From NCBI GenBank assembly GCA_964016885.1, contig OZ024757.1, positions 30,442,001-30,506,000 on the forward strand: DNA of 64,000 nucleotides, in the 5' to 3' direction. Shown one piece after another: positions 36,343 to 48,400 of the stretch. Numbering within the stretch: the first letter of the stretch is position 1; each line of letters opens with the position of its first letter. A program made the position numbers and the translations under genes. The notes beneath the pieces are model-generated. The model saw only the letters and a program-made list of their open reading frames with translations, searched no databases and was not told the origin of the DNA. Source of the DNA: Eledone cirrhosa. Its lineage: Eukaryota.

Positions 36343-37400
36343 CTAGCATTAAAGCCCGGCGTTTCTCGGGGTCAGTAAGTTACCAAAGTTAGGTTGCACC
36401 ACCCATTTTATGGAGCCGTAGAGTCTTTGATGTCTCTCAGAGTTCTATCTAGCGCCTCAAGAGCAGCTCTGTGGGCCATCGTGCATTCGTCCCAAATGAT
36501 TAGCTTGCATCGTCTGAATGCCCGTCTGCATCTGCAGAAGCCATGGAAGCAGTCATAGCCGCAGCGTTCCTAGCAAGGCGAGTTGTCCGCCGTTCCAAAC
36601 CTTCCGAAGCCCTGGAAGCAGCAGTAGCCGCAGCGTTTTTAGCCAGTCGAGCCGCCCTTTGTTCCAGGCCCTCTGAAGCCCTGGAAGCAGCAGTAGTAGC
36701 AGCGTTTCTAGCCAAGCGAGTCGACCTTTGTTTCGGGCCCTCTGAAGCCCTGGAAGCAGCAGTAACAGCAGCGTTTCTAGCCAGGCGAGTCAACCTTTGT
36801 TCCGGGCCCTCTGAAGCCCTGGAAGCAGCAGTAGAAGCGGTGTCTTTTGAATGACGTTTCGCAGCACGTCTCGAGGCGTCATATGAAGCCTTCTTGGCTA
36901 GGCGTTCGGTGCGTTCTTGGAAACTTTCAGCAGCTCTGTATTTCGCTGAACGTAAGGCGCTCTTTGAAAGTCTTAAAGCAGTTTCCTTGGGGGACTCGTT
37001 TGCTATAATCGCCCTCTGCGCCAACGCTGACGCGGTATGGCGACCGAGGCGACTTCTCTTCTTAGGTGGCATTTTATGTCAACAACAAAGGGTGAAAGTT
37101 ACTTCTACAGCAAAATTGCCTTTGAAAGTATAAGGCTGAAAACTGGAGGCATTCCGCAGGGGAAAAAAGGGGAGCACGAACGGCGAATAAATAACTCACA
37201 GTTTGGTGAAAGTGCGCTTCTGTCAGCAAGTGGAAGTTGTTTGGCCAAAAATCCGTATGTTTCTGTGTTCAATCAATAAACGTTTAAATATGTTATACAC
37301 AAAATGTAATTGGGGGTGAGTTGGAAAAAAATAGTTGTTGACTTAAGTTAGACCATGTACAACATTCTTACCGACTTTTAGTCGAATCGGTTTGATATCC
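36343..37400 (-). mobile_element. Short non-autonomous Helitron carrying the STPR-like ORF (copy about 44746-45800); 5' end uncertain
   Basis: Minus strand ends CCCGAGAAACGCCGGG (hairpin)-CTTTAATG-CTAG|T, a canonical Helitron 3' terminus. Confidence 0.7.
36500..37072 (-). CDS. STPR-like (23-aa repeat) basic protein resembling a Helitron RepHel N-terminus
   Basis: Intact 190-aa ATG ORF starting MPPKKRSRLGR, with about 6 repeats of E-x-x-E-Q-R-x-x-R-L-A...RAS of exactly 23 aa (69 bp). Confidence 0.7.
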   Translation of the reverse strand: MPPKKRSRLGRHTASALAQRAIIANESPKETALRLSKSALRSAKYRAAESFQERTERLAKKASYDASRRAAKRHSKDTASTAASRASEGPEQRLTRLARNAAVTAASRASEGPKQRSTRLARNAATTAASRASEGLEQRAARLAKNAAATAASRASEGLERRTTRLARNAAAMTASMASADADGHSDDAS

Positions 37401-38349
37401 TGTCTATTTATTAGGGGTGGTTGTCTAATGTGTGTTTTCTAAATTTAAGACAGTAGGGAGGGGTGTGATATGGGGGAGAGTTAGCTGCTGTTTCTAGCAG
37501 GTTTGATGACCTCATAGAGGATATTATTGTGTAAATAAACTGATACAAATGGTAGTTTCTTTCTTTGTGTATGTATGTGTGTTTCTCTCTTCTTTCTTCC
37601 ACGTTCGTTGAGAGATGTTTTTAAAAAAGATTTTTCGCTATTTTTTTTGTAATTGAATAAATTTATCTGTTGCTTTTGAATAATTGTTGTTTGGTATGAA
37701 ATGTAATAAGTTCTCTGTAATGTAATAATGTCTTAGCTCACACTTATGTAGGTTTAACTGACCTCACATGATGTCGTGTCTCTTAGGTTTCTTGAGTGTT
37801 TTAATGATAATGGACAATCCTATCATGTTACAACCCACACCTATGTAGGTTTAGGTGGCCTCCTACAATGTTGTATTCCTTAGATTTCATGGGTAATGAT
37901 AGTGGCCTCAGTCTAATCATGAAATGAAGCACCTTATTGAGAAAATACAACACACTGTTTGGCCCAGAGTTCAAATCCATGACCATAAGTTTATGGGACT
38001 AATATCCTATCCACAAGACCACATGCCTTCACGAGTTGGAAACGATCAGGTAGCTGTGAAGCTTTCTAAAATGTGTTGCAAATAAGGCCAATTGTCACAG
38101 AACTCCAGGAACCTTGATTCCTCTTCATTCCTTGTACCAATGTCATTCGGGCAGTTAAGTAGTGAGAATGAACTGGTGTGGGTGGGAGTGATTTAGACGT
38201 AAATGAAAGAGGTGGAAGAGGCTGGCTATCATACAAGGCACTGGTTAATTTGAGCTATAGTACAAGGCAGTGGTCAGTTTGTAGCTTGAGCCATCGTACA
38301 AGACACTGTCAATTTCGTCCAAACCAGGTTTTCCTACCTACTGACCTGT

Positions 38350-38460
38350 CCATATTACTATCCATCTTCGGACAAAATGGCAAAGGCATTTCAGCAAGAC
38401 AATGGCCAGCGACACACGCTGCAACAGCCACTCTTCCTCCGATTTTACGGAGGAGGTGAG
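38350..38460 (-). mobile_element. Second CRE-like 3' fragment (copy about 46753-46863)
   Basis: EEEWLLQRVSLAIV / NAFAILSEDG* on the minus strand. Confidence 0.5.
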
Positions 38461-38662
38461 TTTGTATTAGATCAAAACACTTGGAAATGTATACATGTCT
38501 ATTATTAAACGTTCATTAATAGAAACTGGAAGTTTCTATAACATTTCTAAACAATTATCCATGGTTAGTTTGTAGAGAATGTTATTCTTACAGCTCACAC
38601 CAACGAAGTGTTTTAATAACAGAGGTCCCAGTTCTATCTTTAGATGAGAGAATTATCTAGAA

Positions 38663-39519
38663 CAGAGGTTCTCAAAGAGGGCCAACCTGATCCGCCCCCA
38701 TCCCCTGGGGCGTTCAAACGGTCGAGCGGGACGCTGAGGGCTAAAGGCTGGTGGAGGTTGCGGTAGAGATGTAATAGTATAGTAAATATATATATTTATT
38801 TATTTATACAGATTATATATTATATCTAAATTGGCATACATGACTTTTAGCGGTCGCAATAATGAAAGTAAATTTATTTTCATTTTCGAACGTCGTGTTT
38901 ACATTTTATGTGTGTTTAAACGAAACATGCTGGCGACGAAGCTTCTTCTTTGCACGGCTCCATGTGTTCTCTATGAGCTGTGTGTGCACATCAGGGTCCG
39001 CAGGATCTACAAAGTTCCGTTCGTGCACCACAACATCATGAACGTAAATCCAACCTTCAATTTCCTCAATTTCCGAATAGGAAGCCCAACCATCGGAGTT
39101 GATGCGGCTGCCTGGCAAAATCCCTGCTGAATGATGGGGACGAGAGTGTCACAGCTTCGATTTGGGACTTCTACAAGGCAGCAGCGTCCAGAATGGCGGA
39201 CTCACCATTCTGCAAGCCTCATTACAAGATTACTTCGGTATTGAGTCCTCTTCTCTCAACCGTCAACTACACACACACACATATATATATAATCAGTTAA
39301 AACGACAGAGGCTCTGATTTTGTCTTTAATCTCAGTAACTAATTTAGATCTAAACACACACAGAAAATGTAAACATGACGTTCGAAAATGAAAATAAATT
39401 TACTTTCATTTTTCAGACCGTTAAAAGTCATGTATGCCTCTAAATTAACGATTTTATTTATTATATATTATAATTTTATAATTTGCGTGGCGGTGGCCGC
39501 AAAAGTTTGAGAATGTCTG
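38663..39519. mobile_element. hAT (Charlie-type) MITE (copy 47066-47922)
   Basis: TIRs CAGAGGTTCTCAAA / TTTGAGAATGTCTG with 8-bp TSD ATCTAGAA / ACCTAGAA. The empty site AGAATTATCTAGAATAAAC is seen at 30391. Confidence 0.8.
38833..39438 (-). mobile_element. Merlin (IS1016/ISXO2-like) internally deleted transposon (copy 47236-47841)
   Basis: About 85-bp TIRs starting GGCATACATGACTTTTA, 8-bp TSD TCTAAATT, and transposase motifs PGSRINSDGWASY and NFVDP...VHTQLIENTWSRAK. Confidence 0.88.
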
Positions 39520-39609
39520 ACCTAGAATAAACCGGATCCTGTTTTATCTCAAATTGGAGTCAATGTAGTGGAGGATAGAATGAACATCTTCAATATTAAC
39601 AGACATAAA

Positions 39610-39725
39610 TAGTAGAAGCGTTTCATACTTACAGCATTATATTAAATATGTCAGGCGGGGAAGAATGGCGGAAGTGGAAATATTGAGCGTGCGCAAATTG
39701 CATAAACCAAGGGAGACAACTCTGA
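39610..39725 (-). promoter_or_regulatory. Orphan ZNF-type promoter/first exon (copy 48013-48128)
   Basis: On -: AGAGTTGTCTCCCTTG, TGCGCACGCTCA, ACTTCCGCCATT, donor CT|GTAAGTATGAAAC. Same layout as 53610-53716. Confidence 0.6.
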
Positions 39726-42700
39726 TGGGGGGGGGGGGGGTTCTTTTTACTTAAAATAGATTTCCTTATAAAACATATTATACATCATTAAAGGCATATA
39801 AAATTATATTTATGTTAGATAAACATTCATGTAGCCTCGCTGTAACTATATCACAGTTACCTCAGTATAGATTCTTACTACACTTTGGGCTGGGTGAAAG
39901 ATATCTTCATCATCATCACCATTTTACGTCCGTTCTTCCACGCTAGCATGGGTTAGACGGGTTGTCCTATTGTGGGCAGTGTCCGGTCGGCTGACCTTGT
40001 CTTGCTCATACGGGAACTGATTCTGGATTGATTTCTACAGCTGGATTTCCTTCTTAACACCAACCTTATTTACAGTGAATGCTGGGTGCTTTTTTTCCGT
40101 GGCGCCTACACGTCCACTTTACAGTGGGATGGGTGCTTTTTTGCCGTGGCACCTCCACGACCACTTTGCAGTGGAATGATAGGGACCCCAGTCCTATCAT
40201 CTCATTTCTACAGCTGAGTAAACTGGAGCAATGTGAAATAAAGTGTCTTGCTCAAGGAAACGACACATCACCCGGTCCGAGAATTGAACTCACAACCTTT
40301 CGATTGCAAGCCCAATGCTCTAAGCCATGCGTCTTATCTTGTGAAAATGGGTATAGCTTTCATTATGTAATATCTGCCCATTTTGGTAATGTTCTTTATG
40401 GCATTCCCCGTTTGGTTTTTATAGGTTGGCAGGTTTGCTATCACTTATTAAAATTCATTATATTACGGGGTCGATAAAATAAAGTACCAATAATGCACTG
40501 GGTAATTGCTGGCCTTGTGCCTAAAGTAGAAACAATTATATTTTGCTCTCCGATTAACTCTAATCCATGTTAATGTATAACTTATCTTGATTTAAAATAT
40601 AACAAAATATTATGAACACAGTAAAGCGTTCATAACAAGGCAGTTATTAAACCCCCCCCCCCCCCCCCTCATACATATATATACACACACACGTGTTGGT
40701 GGCACAACAAAAAGCACCCGGCGCTCTTTGTAAATGAGGTTGGCATTAGAAAAGGTATCCAGCTGTAGAAACCAAGCCAAAATAAGTTCAGTATGTGCAA
40801 GACATGGTCAACTAACTTGACATTGCCCACAGATTGACATTAAATGGTGATGATGATATATACATGCATAGTTAGTCTGTTGAAATCCCGGAACTCCCTT
40901 CTTAGGAATAAGTGGGCGAAGAAAAGATATAAATATATACACACAAATACAAGTGTCTGTGTATGTATAAATATATAATTCATAAACATAGCTTTGTTAA
41001 TGTTTAGAAACCCAATTTTGCTTATCGGGTACGTGGGTTACTTGGAATATTAAATACATAAAAATATAGAATCAAAACATTAATTCAAAAGTGTCAAATG
41101 GTCACACACTACAAGGGGTGCCGGACCCGTCCTCTAATAACACTAGCAGTATTACTGTGGGTGACAGCGAGACTAGGGCGCTTGTACAACCAAGAACCCT
41201 CACAATATCAACTGATACCTCGGTAAGGTGAGCTCCCAGCAATCACAAGAGGTTCGTTGTCAGTGACTCAGCTCCCCCAAATGTCTCAAACCCCACAGGG
41301 TGGTAAAATAGTGTGCAGATAATTGCCAATATACAACTGTACATTTATATTATATTTCTATACAATTATACATGGTTAGGGTTAAAGAATTATCTAGAAT
41401 AAACTGGTTTATTTGTCAAATTGTTTAAACCTCGGATATTTCAGACAACGTGGTCGGCACTAGAACATCGAGGCCTGACTAGCGACAGCAAAGAAATAAT
41501 CAATTTTTTCGCAAATTCAAACATTTCACCGAATACTATTAATAAAAAAGTATTTTATCTTACCTGCAATGGTACTTATGCATATATAATTCTGTGTTTA
41601 TTATAAAATATCTTTAACTACAAAAAATTTCTGCAGACGACGTGAAAAAAGCTTCCAACAAACATGGGCACAGCTGAAAAGGAAGTGGCATGTACGCGCA
41701 TGCGTGCGCACACACCTATCTAACAAATAAAACCTGAAACATGAAAGAAACTACTCTGGTCACTATATTGTAATTATGTGTCTTCATAACTGCGCCTGTT
41801 GTTTATGTTACGACTATCATACTTCTGTCTTCCTCTTGTCAGTATCGGTAGAGCGTCAGGCACCATGCATTACAGCATAGAGTTATGGCCCTTTACGTTC
41901 TGAGTTCAAATACTGCCGAGGTTAACTTTGCTTTTTATCCTTACGGGGTCCATAAAACTTAAGTACCAGTAATGCACTGGCGTAACTGCTGGCCTTGTGC
42001 CAAAAGAAAAAACAATTACTGTTGTTTTTGTGGGTAGTGGAACTGGTGATAATGTAGTTGTTCTTGTTAGTGTTGGCGTTGGTAATGTTATTGGTAGGGA
42101 GTTGGGAGTGGTTGTATTTCTGCCCACCCTTACATATGGTCATGAATCTTGGGTAATGACCGAAAGAGAACAATTGGCTGAAATAGGGGTTCTTCTAAAG
42201 GGTCTTTGGAGTAACATTACTTGTTGATAGAGCTACAACTTCTCTGAATGGGGAGATCACAGCTCCAATAGTACAGACATTTGGTTAAAATGTCAAAGGA
42301 AAGATTTTATGGGAAAAACCAACTAGCAATGGACACAGGAGTAGACTCCAAGCAAGATAGTTGGATAACGTCTATGAGCTCGGCTGGTCCCGTTTGGGTA
42401 GCCAACCATATCAATTGCTTCAGACAGGACCTGTCGAAAGGAATACTTGAAGACTCTTCCCCCCTGGTTCATTCCAAGAATAAGTGGACAAAGAAAAGGA
42501 GAAGGCAGTTCTGTTAATTGAACAACTGGAAAATATATCAGAACCAGTAGTGGTTAGTTCCAATAAGGATTCTAAAGAATAAACAAAAAAAGAAAATAAC
42601 TGATGTTGCCTGTGTAACAGATTTCAAAAATATTGAATAGTATTTTTTTTAGTTAATTATTCAGTAAGTATACATAACTGATATGAGAAATAAAAAAAGA

Positions 42701-44902
42701 AAATTAATCAGTTTTATTTGAAATTAGTATTTAGAAAAGTTGTTTTTGATATACATTGGTTGGTATTAGGAAGGGCATGCAGTTGTAGAAACCAAGCCCA
42801 AATCAGTTCTGTCTGGGCAAGACATGGTCACCTGACCTAGCATTGCCTACAACAGGACAACCCATCCTAGCGTGGAAAAATTGACGTTAAACAGTGATGA
42901 TGATGATGATACACTAGCAGAAGAGCTGCAGTTTTTTGCTAGCATATTGACATATGTAAATTGACAATATGCACATAAATTGAACAAAGACTGTGTTACA
43001 CTTTCTTCTGTAATCGGTAAAGCAATCCATGATACATTAAGAAAAGGCGATAATGAAGATGGAAAAGTTATGAGATTGTTGATGAAAAATGTTCATGAAT
43101 CTTCACTTGAGAATGTCGATGGGAAGCTTCAAGCAGTAAATCTGAAAATAGATGCTGCTGGCGTGAATGAATGAATTAACAATATGAAGAGTTAACCTTC
43201 GCTATATTGTTGTTTTACTGTATTCACATATATACTTCTTAAGTGTTTGTACAGTCCCTTTTCTAGCTATTAGAAAGAAACTTAAATGTATTTCAATTAA
43301 AAGAGAGTGATGCATATTTCACATCACTGTAGAATTTCTTTGTAGACAATTGTCAGCAAACAGACCGTTTTTATTTATCTGGGTTAATATTTTCTTATTT
43401 GAAAAGTCTTGAAAATGCAACATACATCTGACCATGTAAGAAGGAATGTGTTGGTATACACCTATCTTTTCAAATGTCCTTCCCTTGTGCCTTGTATGTA
43501 AGGGCAAAGGCTGGTTTTACAGGAACTTGCAAGTAAATGTGAAAGGGAACTCAAGCTCTTGAGACACATGAGGTATCCTTGGGATTAGCAACCTGGGTCT
43601 AGCATTGGGCCCAAAAGCCACTTCAGCTTCAATTACATGATTATGTTAAGTGATGATGATGTAGCGTGTAGATGGTCCAGATCTCCCAGAAGCATGAGGA
43701 ATGATTGGTTCTATTTGAAAGCCATAGTAGGTTTGAGTAATTTCCTTAAAGATTTGTATATACAAAATCACACAGTCCAGATAAATTACCATATTCAAGA
43801 CAAAGTTCATTTGGCAGAAGAATTGTGAGTGCACCTAAAGTCGGTACAGTAAGAATGTTAGTTTCCCAAATCAAAAATGTAGTTTGCAAACTTTCATCAG
43901 AATTCCCCGCATTAAGTAACCATCGATTGGTTCTCATCTCCATGGTTTCCACATACTCCCTGACGTACAACTGGAAGAATTTGCTTCCAGTCACCTGATA
44001 GTAATACTGTTAAGACCACCAAATGGCCTTTTGCAATCTCAAACATCTTTGAAGCTCCTGTCAAGGCATTCGAAGATATGCTTATGTCCCATACTTCTAT
44101 CATTAATGATTAGCAGGTCAGCTTGTTGCATTAGTTTACCTGTGGCATCTCTCTTTTTGAAGGTACAAGTTGATTGGGCAGTCACATTGGAATGAAAAGT
44201 TCTTCCTCTGTGAAGCAAAGTGGCTGCTATACCAGAAATGGCAGTGGCAAGTGGAGTCTTTTTTGGAGATCGGAGGTAATCCAATATGATATGGATGACA
44301 TAGGTCTTTCCTGCGCCTGCATTTGCGTTCAAGCAGAAAATTCTACCTTCATTTTCATTTACAGAGGTGATGACTTTGTAGAAAATAACTAGTTGCTCAG
44401 GATTCAATGTTGGCAGAGTTTTAATAGAAGTGAATCTTGAAATAAGCAATACATTATATATAAGATTATTTATGTTTAATCAAGAGCTAACAAATTTAGT
44501 AGATAAATTACATAATATATTCAAAGTAATCCAACTTATTTTAATGTGATGTACAATAATAAACTAGAGTCTCGCAGTTCTGCAATCATTATATAGAAGA
44601 CTATCATTATATAGAAGACTGAGTTCAAATCCCGCCGAGGTTAACTTTGCCTTTCATCCTTACAGTGTTGATAAAATAAAGTACCAGTAATGTACTGGAT
44701 AATTTTCTGGCCTTGTGCCAATAGTAGAAACAATTATATAGAAGACTAGCATTAAAGCCCGGCGTTTCTCGGGGTCAGTAAGTTACCAAAGTTAGGTTGC
44801 ACCACCCATTTTATGGAGCCGTAGAGTCTTTGATGTCTCTCAGAGTTCTATCTAGCGCCTCAAGAGCAGCTCTGTGGGCCATCGTGCATTCGTCCCAAAT
44901 GA

Positions 44903-45475
44903 TTAGCTTGCATCGTCTGAATGCCCGTCTGCATCTGCAGAAGCCATGGAAGCAGTCATAGCCGCAGCGTTCCTAGCAAGGCGAGTTGTCCGCCGTTCCA
45001 AACCTTCCGAAGCCCTGGAAGCAGCAGTAGCCGCAGCGTTTTTAGCCAGTCGAGCCGCCCTTTGTTCCAGGCCCTCTGAAGCCCTGGAAGCAGCAGTAGT
45101 AGCAGCGTTTCTAGCCAAGCGAGTCGACCTTTGTTTCGGGCCCTCTGAAGCCCTGGAAGCAGCAGTAACAGCAGCGTTTCTAGCCAGGCGAGTCAACCTT
45201 TGTTCCGGGCCCTCTGAAGCCCTGGAAGCAGCAGTAGAAGCGGTGTCTTTTGAATGACGTTTCGCAGCACGTCTCGAGGCGTCATATGAAGCCTTCTTGG
45301 CTAGGCGTTCGGTGCGTTCTTGGAAACTTTCAGCAGCTCTGTATTTCGCTGAACGTAAGGCGCTCTTTGAAAGTCTTAAAGCAGTTTCCTTGGGGGACTC
45401 GTTTGCTATAATCGCCCTCTGCGCCAACGCTGACGCGGTATGGCGACCGAGGCGACTTCTCTTCTTAGGTGGCAT
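44903..45475 (-). CDS. Duplicate STPR-like ORF
   Basis: Identical translation to 36500-37072. Confidence 0.65.
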   Translation of the reverse strand: MPPKKRSRLGRHTASALAQRAIIANESPKETALRLSKSALRSAKYRAAESFQERTERLAKKASYDASRRAAKRHSKDTASTAASRASEGPEQRLTRLARNAAVTAASRASEGPKQRSTRLARNAATTAASRASEGLEQRAARLAKNAAATAASRASEGLERRTTRLARNAAAMTASMASADADGHSDDAS

Positions 45476-48400
45476 TTTATGTCAACAACAAAGGGTGAAA
45501 GTTACTTCTACAGCAAAATTGCCTTTGAAAGTATAAGGCTGAAAACTGGAGGCATTCCGCAGGGGAAAAAAGGGGAGCACGAACGGCGAATAAATAACTC
45601 ACAGTTTGGTGAAAGTGCGCTTCTGTCAGCAAGTGGAAGTTGTTTGGCCAAAAATCCGTATGTTTCTGTGTTCAATCAATAAACGTTTAAATATGTTATA
45701 CACAAAATGTAATTGGGGGTGAGTTGGAAAAAAATAGTTGTTGACTTAAGTTAGACCATGTACAACATTCTTACCGACTTTTAGTCGAATCGGTTTGATA
45801 TCCTGTCTATTTATTAGGGGTGGTTGTCTAATGTGTGTTTTCTAAATTTAAGACAGTAGGGAGGGGTGTGATATGGGGGAGAGTTAGCTGCTGTTTCTAG
45901 CAGGTTTGATGACCTCATAGAGGATATTATTGTGTAAATAAACTGATACAAATGGTAGTTTCTTTCTTTGTGTATGTATGTGTGTTTCTCTCTTCTTTCT
46001 TCCACGTTCGTTGAGAGATGTTTTTAAAAAAGATTTTTCGCTATTTTTTTTGTAATTGAATAAATTTATCTGTTGCTTTTGAATAATTGTTGTTTGGTAT
46101 GAAATGTAATAAGTTCTCTGTAATGTAATAATGTCTTAGCTCACACTTATGTAGGTTTAACTGACCTCACATGATGTCGTGTCTCTTAGGTTTCTTGAGT
46201 GTTTTAATGATAATGGACAATCCTATCATGTTACAACCCACACCTATGTAGGTTTAGGTGGCCTCCTACAATGTTGTATTCCTTAGATTTCATGGGTAAT
46301 GATAGTGGCCTCAGTCTAATCATGAAATGAAGCACCTTATTGAGAAAATACAACACACTGTTTGGCCCAGAGTTCAAATCCATGACCATAAGTTTATGGG
46401 ACTAATATCCTATCCACAAGACCACATGCCTTCACGAGTTGGAAACGATCAGGTAGCTGTGAAGCTTTCTAAAATGTGTTGCAAATAAGGCCAATTGTCA
46501 CAGAACTCCAGGAACCTTGATTCCTCTTCATTCCTTGTACCAATGTCATTCGGGCAGTTAAGTAGTGAGAATGAACTGGTGTGGGTGGGAGTGATTTAGA
46601 CGTAAATGAAAGAGGTGGAAGAGGCTGGCTATCATACAAGGCACTGGTTAATTTGAGCTATAGTACAAGGCAGTGGTCAGTTTGTAGCTTGAGCCATCGT
46701 ACAAGACACTGTCAATTTCGTCCAAACCAGGTTTTCCTACCTACTGACCTGTCCATATTACTATCCATCTTCGGACAAAATGGCAAAGGCATTTCAGCAA
46801 GACAATGGCCAGCGACACACGCTGCAACAGCCACTCTTCCTCCGATTTTACGGAGGAGGTGAGTTTGTATTAGATCAAAACACTTGGAAATGTATACATG
46901 TCTATTATTAAACGTTCATTAATAGAAACTGGAAGTTTCTATAACATTTCTAAACAATTATCCATGGTTAGTTTGTAGAGAATGTTATTCTTACAGCTCA
47001 CACCAACGAAGTGTTTTAATAACAGAGGTCCCAGTTCTATCTTTAGATGAGAGAATTATCTAGAACAGAGGTTCTCAAAGAGGGCCAACCTGATCCGCCC
47101 CCATCCCCTGGGGCGTTCAAACGGTCGAGCGGGACGCTGAGGGCTAAAGGCTGGTGGAGGTTGCGGTAGAGATGTAATAGTATAGTAAATATATATATTT
47201 ATTTATTTATACAGATTATATATTATATCTAAATTGGCATACATGACTTTTAGCGGTCGCAATAATGAAAGTAAATTTATTTTCATTTTCGAACGTCGTG
47301 TTTACATTTTATGTGTGTTTAAACGAAACATGCTGGCGACGAAGCTTCTTCTTTGCACGGCTCCATGTGTTCTCTATGAGCTGTGTGTGCACATCAGGGT
47401 CCGCAGGATCTACAAAGTTCCGTTCGTGCACCACAACATCATGAACGTAAATCCAACCTTCAATTTCCTCAATTTCCGAATAGGAAGCCCAACCATCGGA
47501 GTTGATGCGGCTGCCTGGCAAAATCCCTGCTGAATGATGGGGACGAGAGTGTCACAGCTTCGATTTGGGACTTCTACAAGGCAGCAGCGTCCAGAATGGC
47601 GGACTCACCATTCTGCAAGCCTCATTACAAGATTACTTCGGTATTGAGTCCTCTTCTCTCAACCGTCAACTACACACACACACATATATATATAATCAGT
47701 TAAAACGACAGAGGCTCTGATTTTGTCTTTAATCTCAGTAACTAATTTAGATCTAAACACACACAGAAAATGTAAACATGACGTTCGAAAATGAAAATAA
47801 ATTTACTTTCATTTTTCAGACCGTTAAAAGTCATGTATGCCTCTAAATTAACGATTTTATTTATTATATATTATAATTTTATAATTTGCGTGGCGGTGGC
47901 CGCAAAAGTTTGAGAATGTCTGACCTAGAATAAACCGGATCCTGTTTTATCTCAAATTGGAGTCAATGTAGTGGAGGATAGAATGAACATCTTCAATATT
48001 AACAGACATAAATAGTAGAAGCGTTTCATACTTACAGCATTATATTAAATATGTCAGGCGGGGAAGAATGGCGGAAGTGGAAATATTGAGCGTGCGCAAA
48101 TTGCATAAACCAAGGGAGACAACTCTGATGGGGGGGGGGGGGGGGGTTCTTTTTACTTAAAATAGATTTCCTTATAAAACATATTATACATCATTAAAGG
48201 CATATAAAATTATATTTATGTTAGATAAACATTCATGTAGCCTCGCTGTAACTATATCACAGTTACCTCAGTATAGATTCTTACTACACTTTGGGCTGGG
48301 TGAAAGATATCTTCATCATCATCACCATTTTACGTCCGTTCTTCCACGCTAGCATGGGTTAGACGGGTTGTCCTATTGTGGGCAGTGTCCGGTCGGCTGA

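Noticed and set aside
36543-36854. Plus-strand EALEAAV repeat ORF (and 44946-45257)
   Set aside because: Antisense shadow of the STPR-like ORF.
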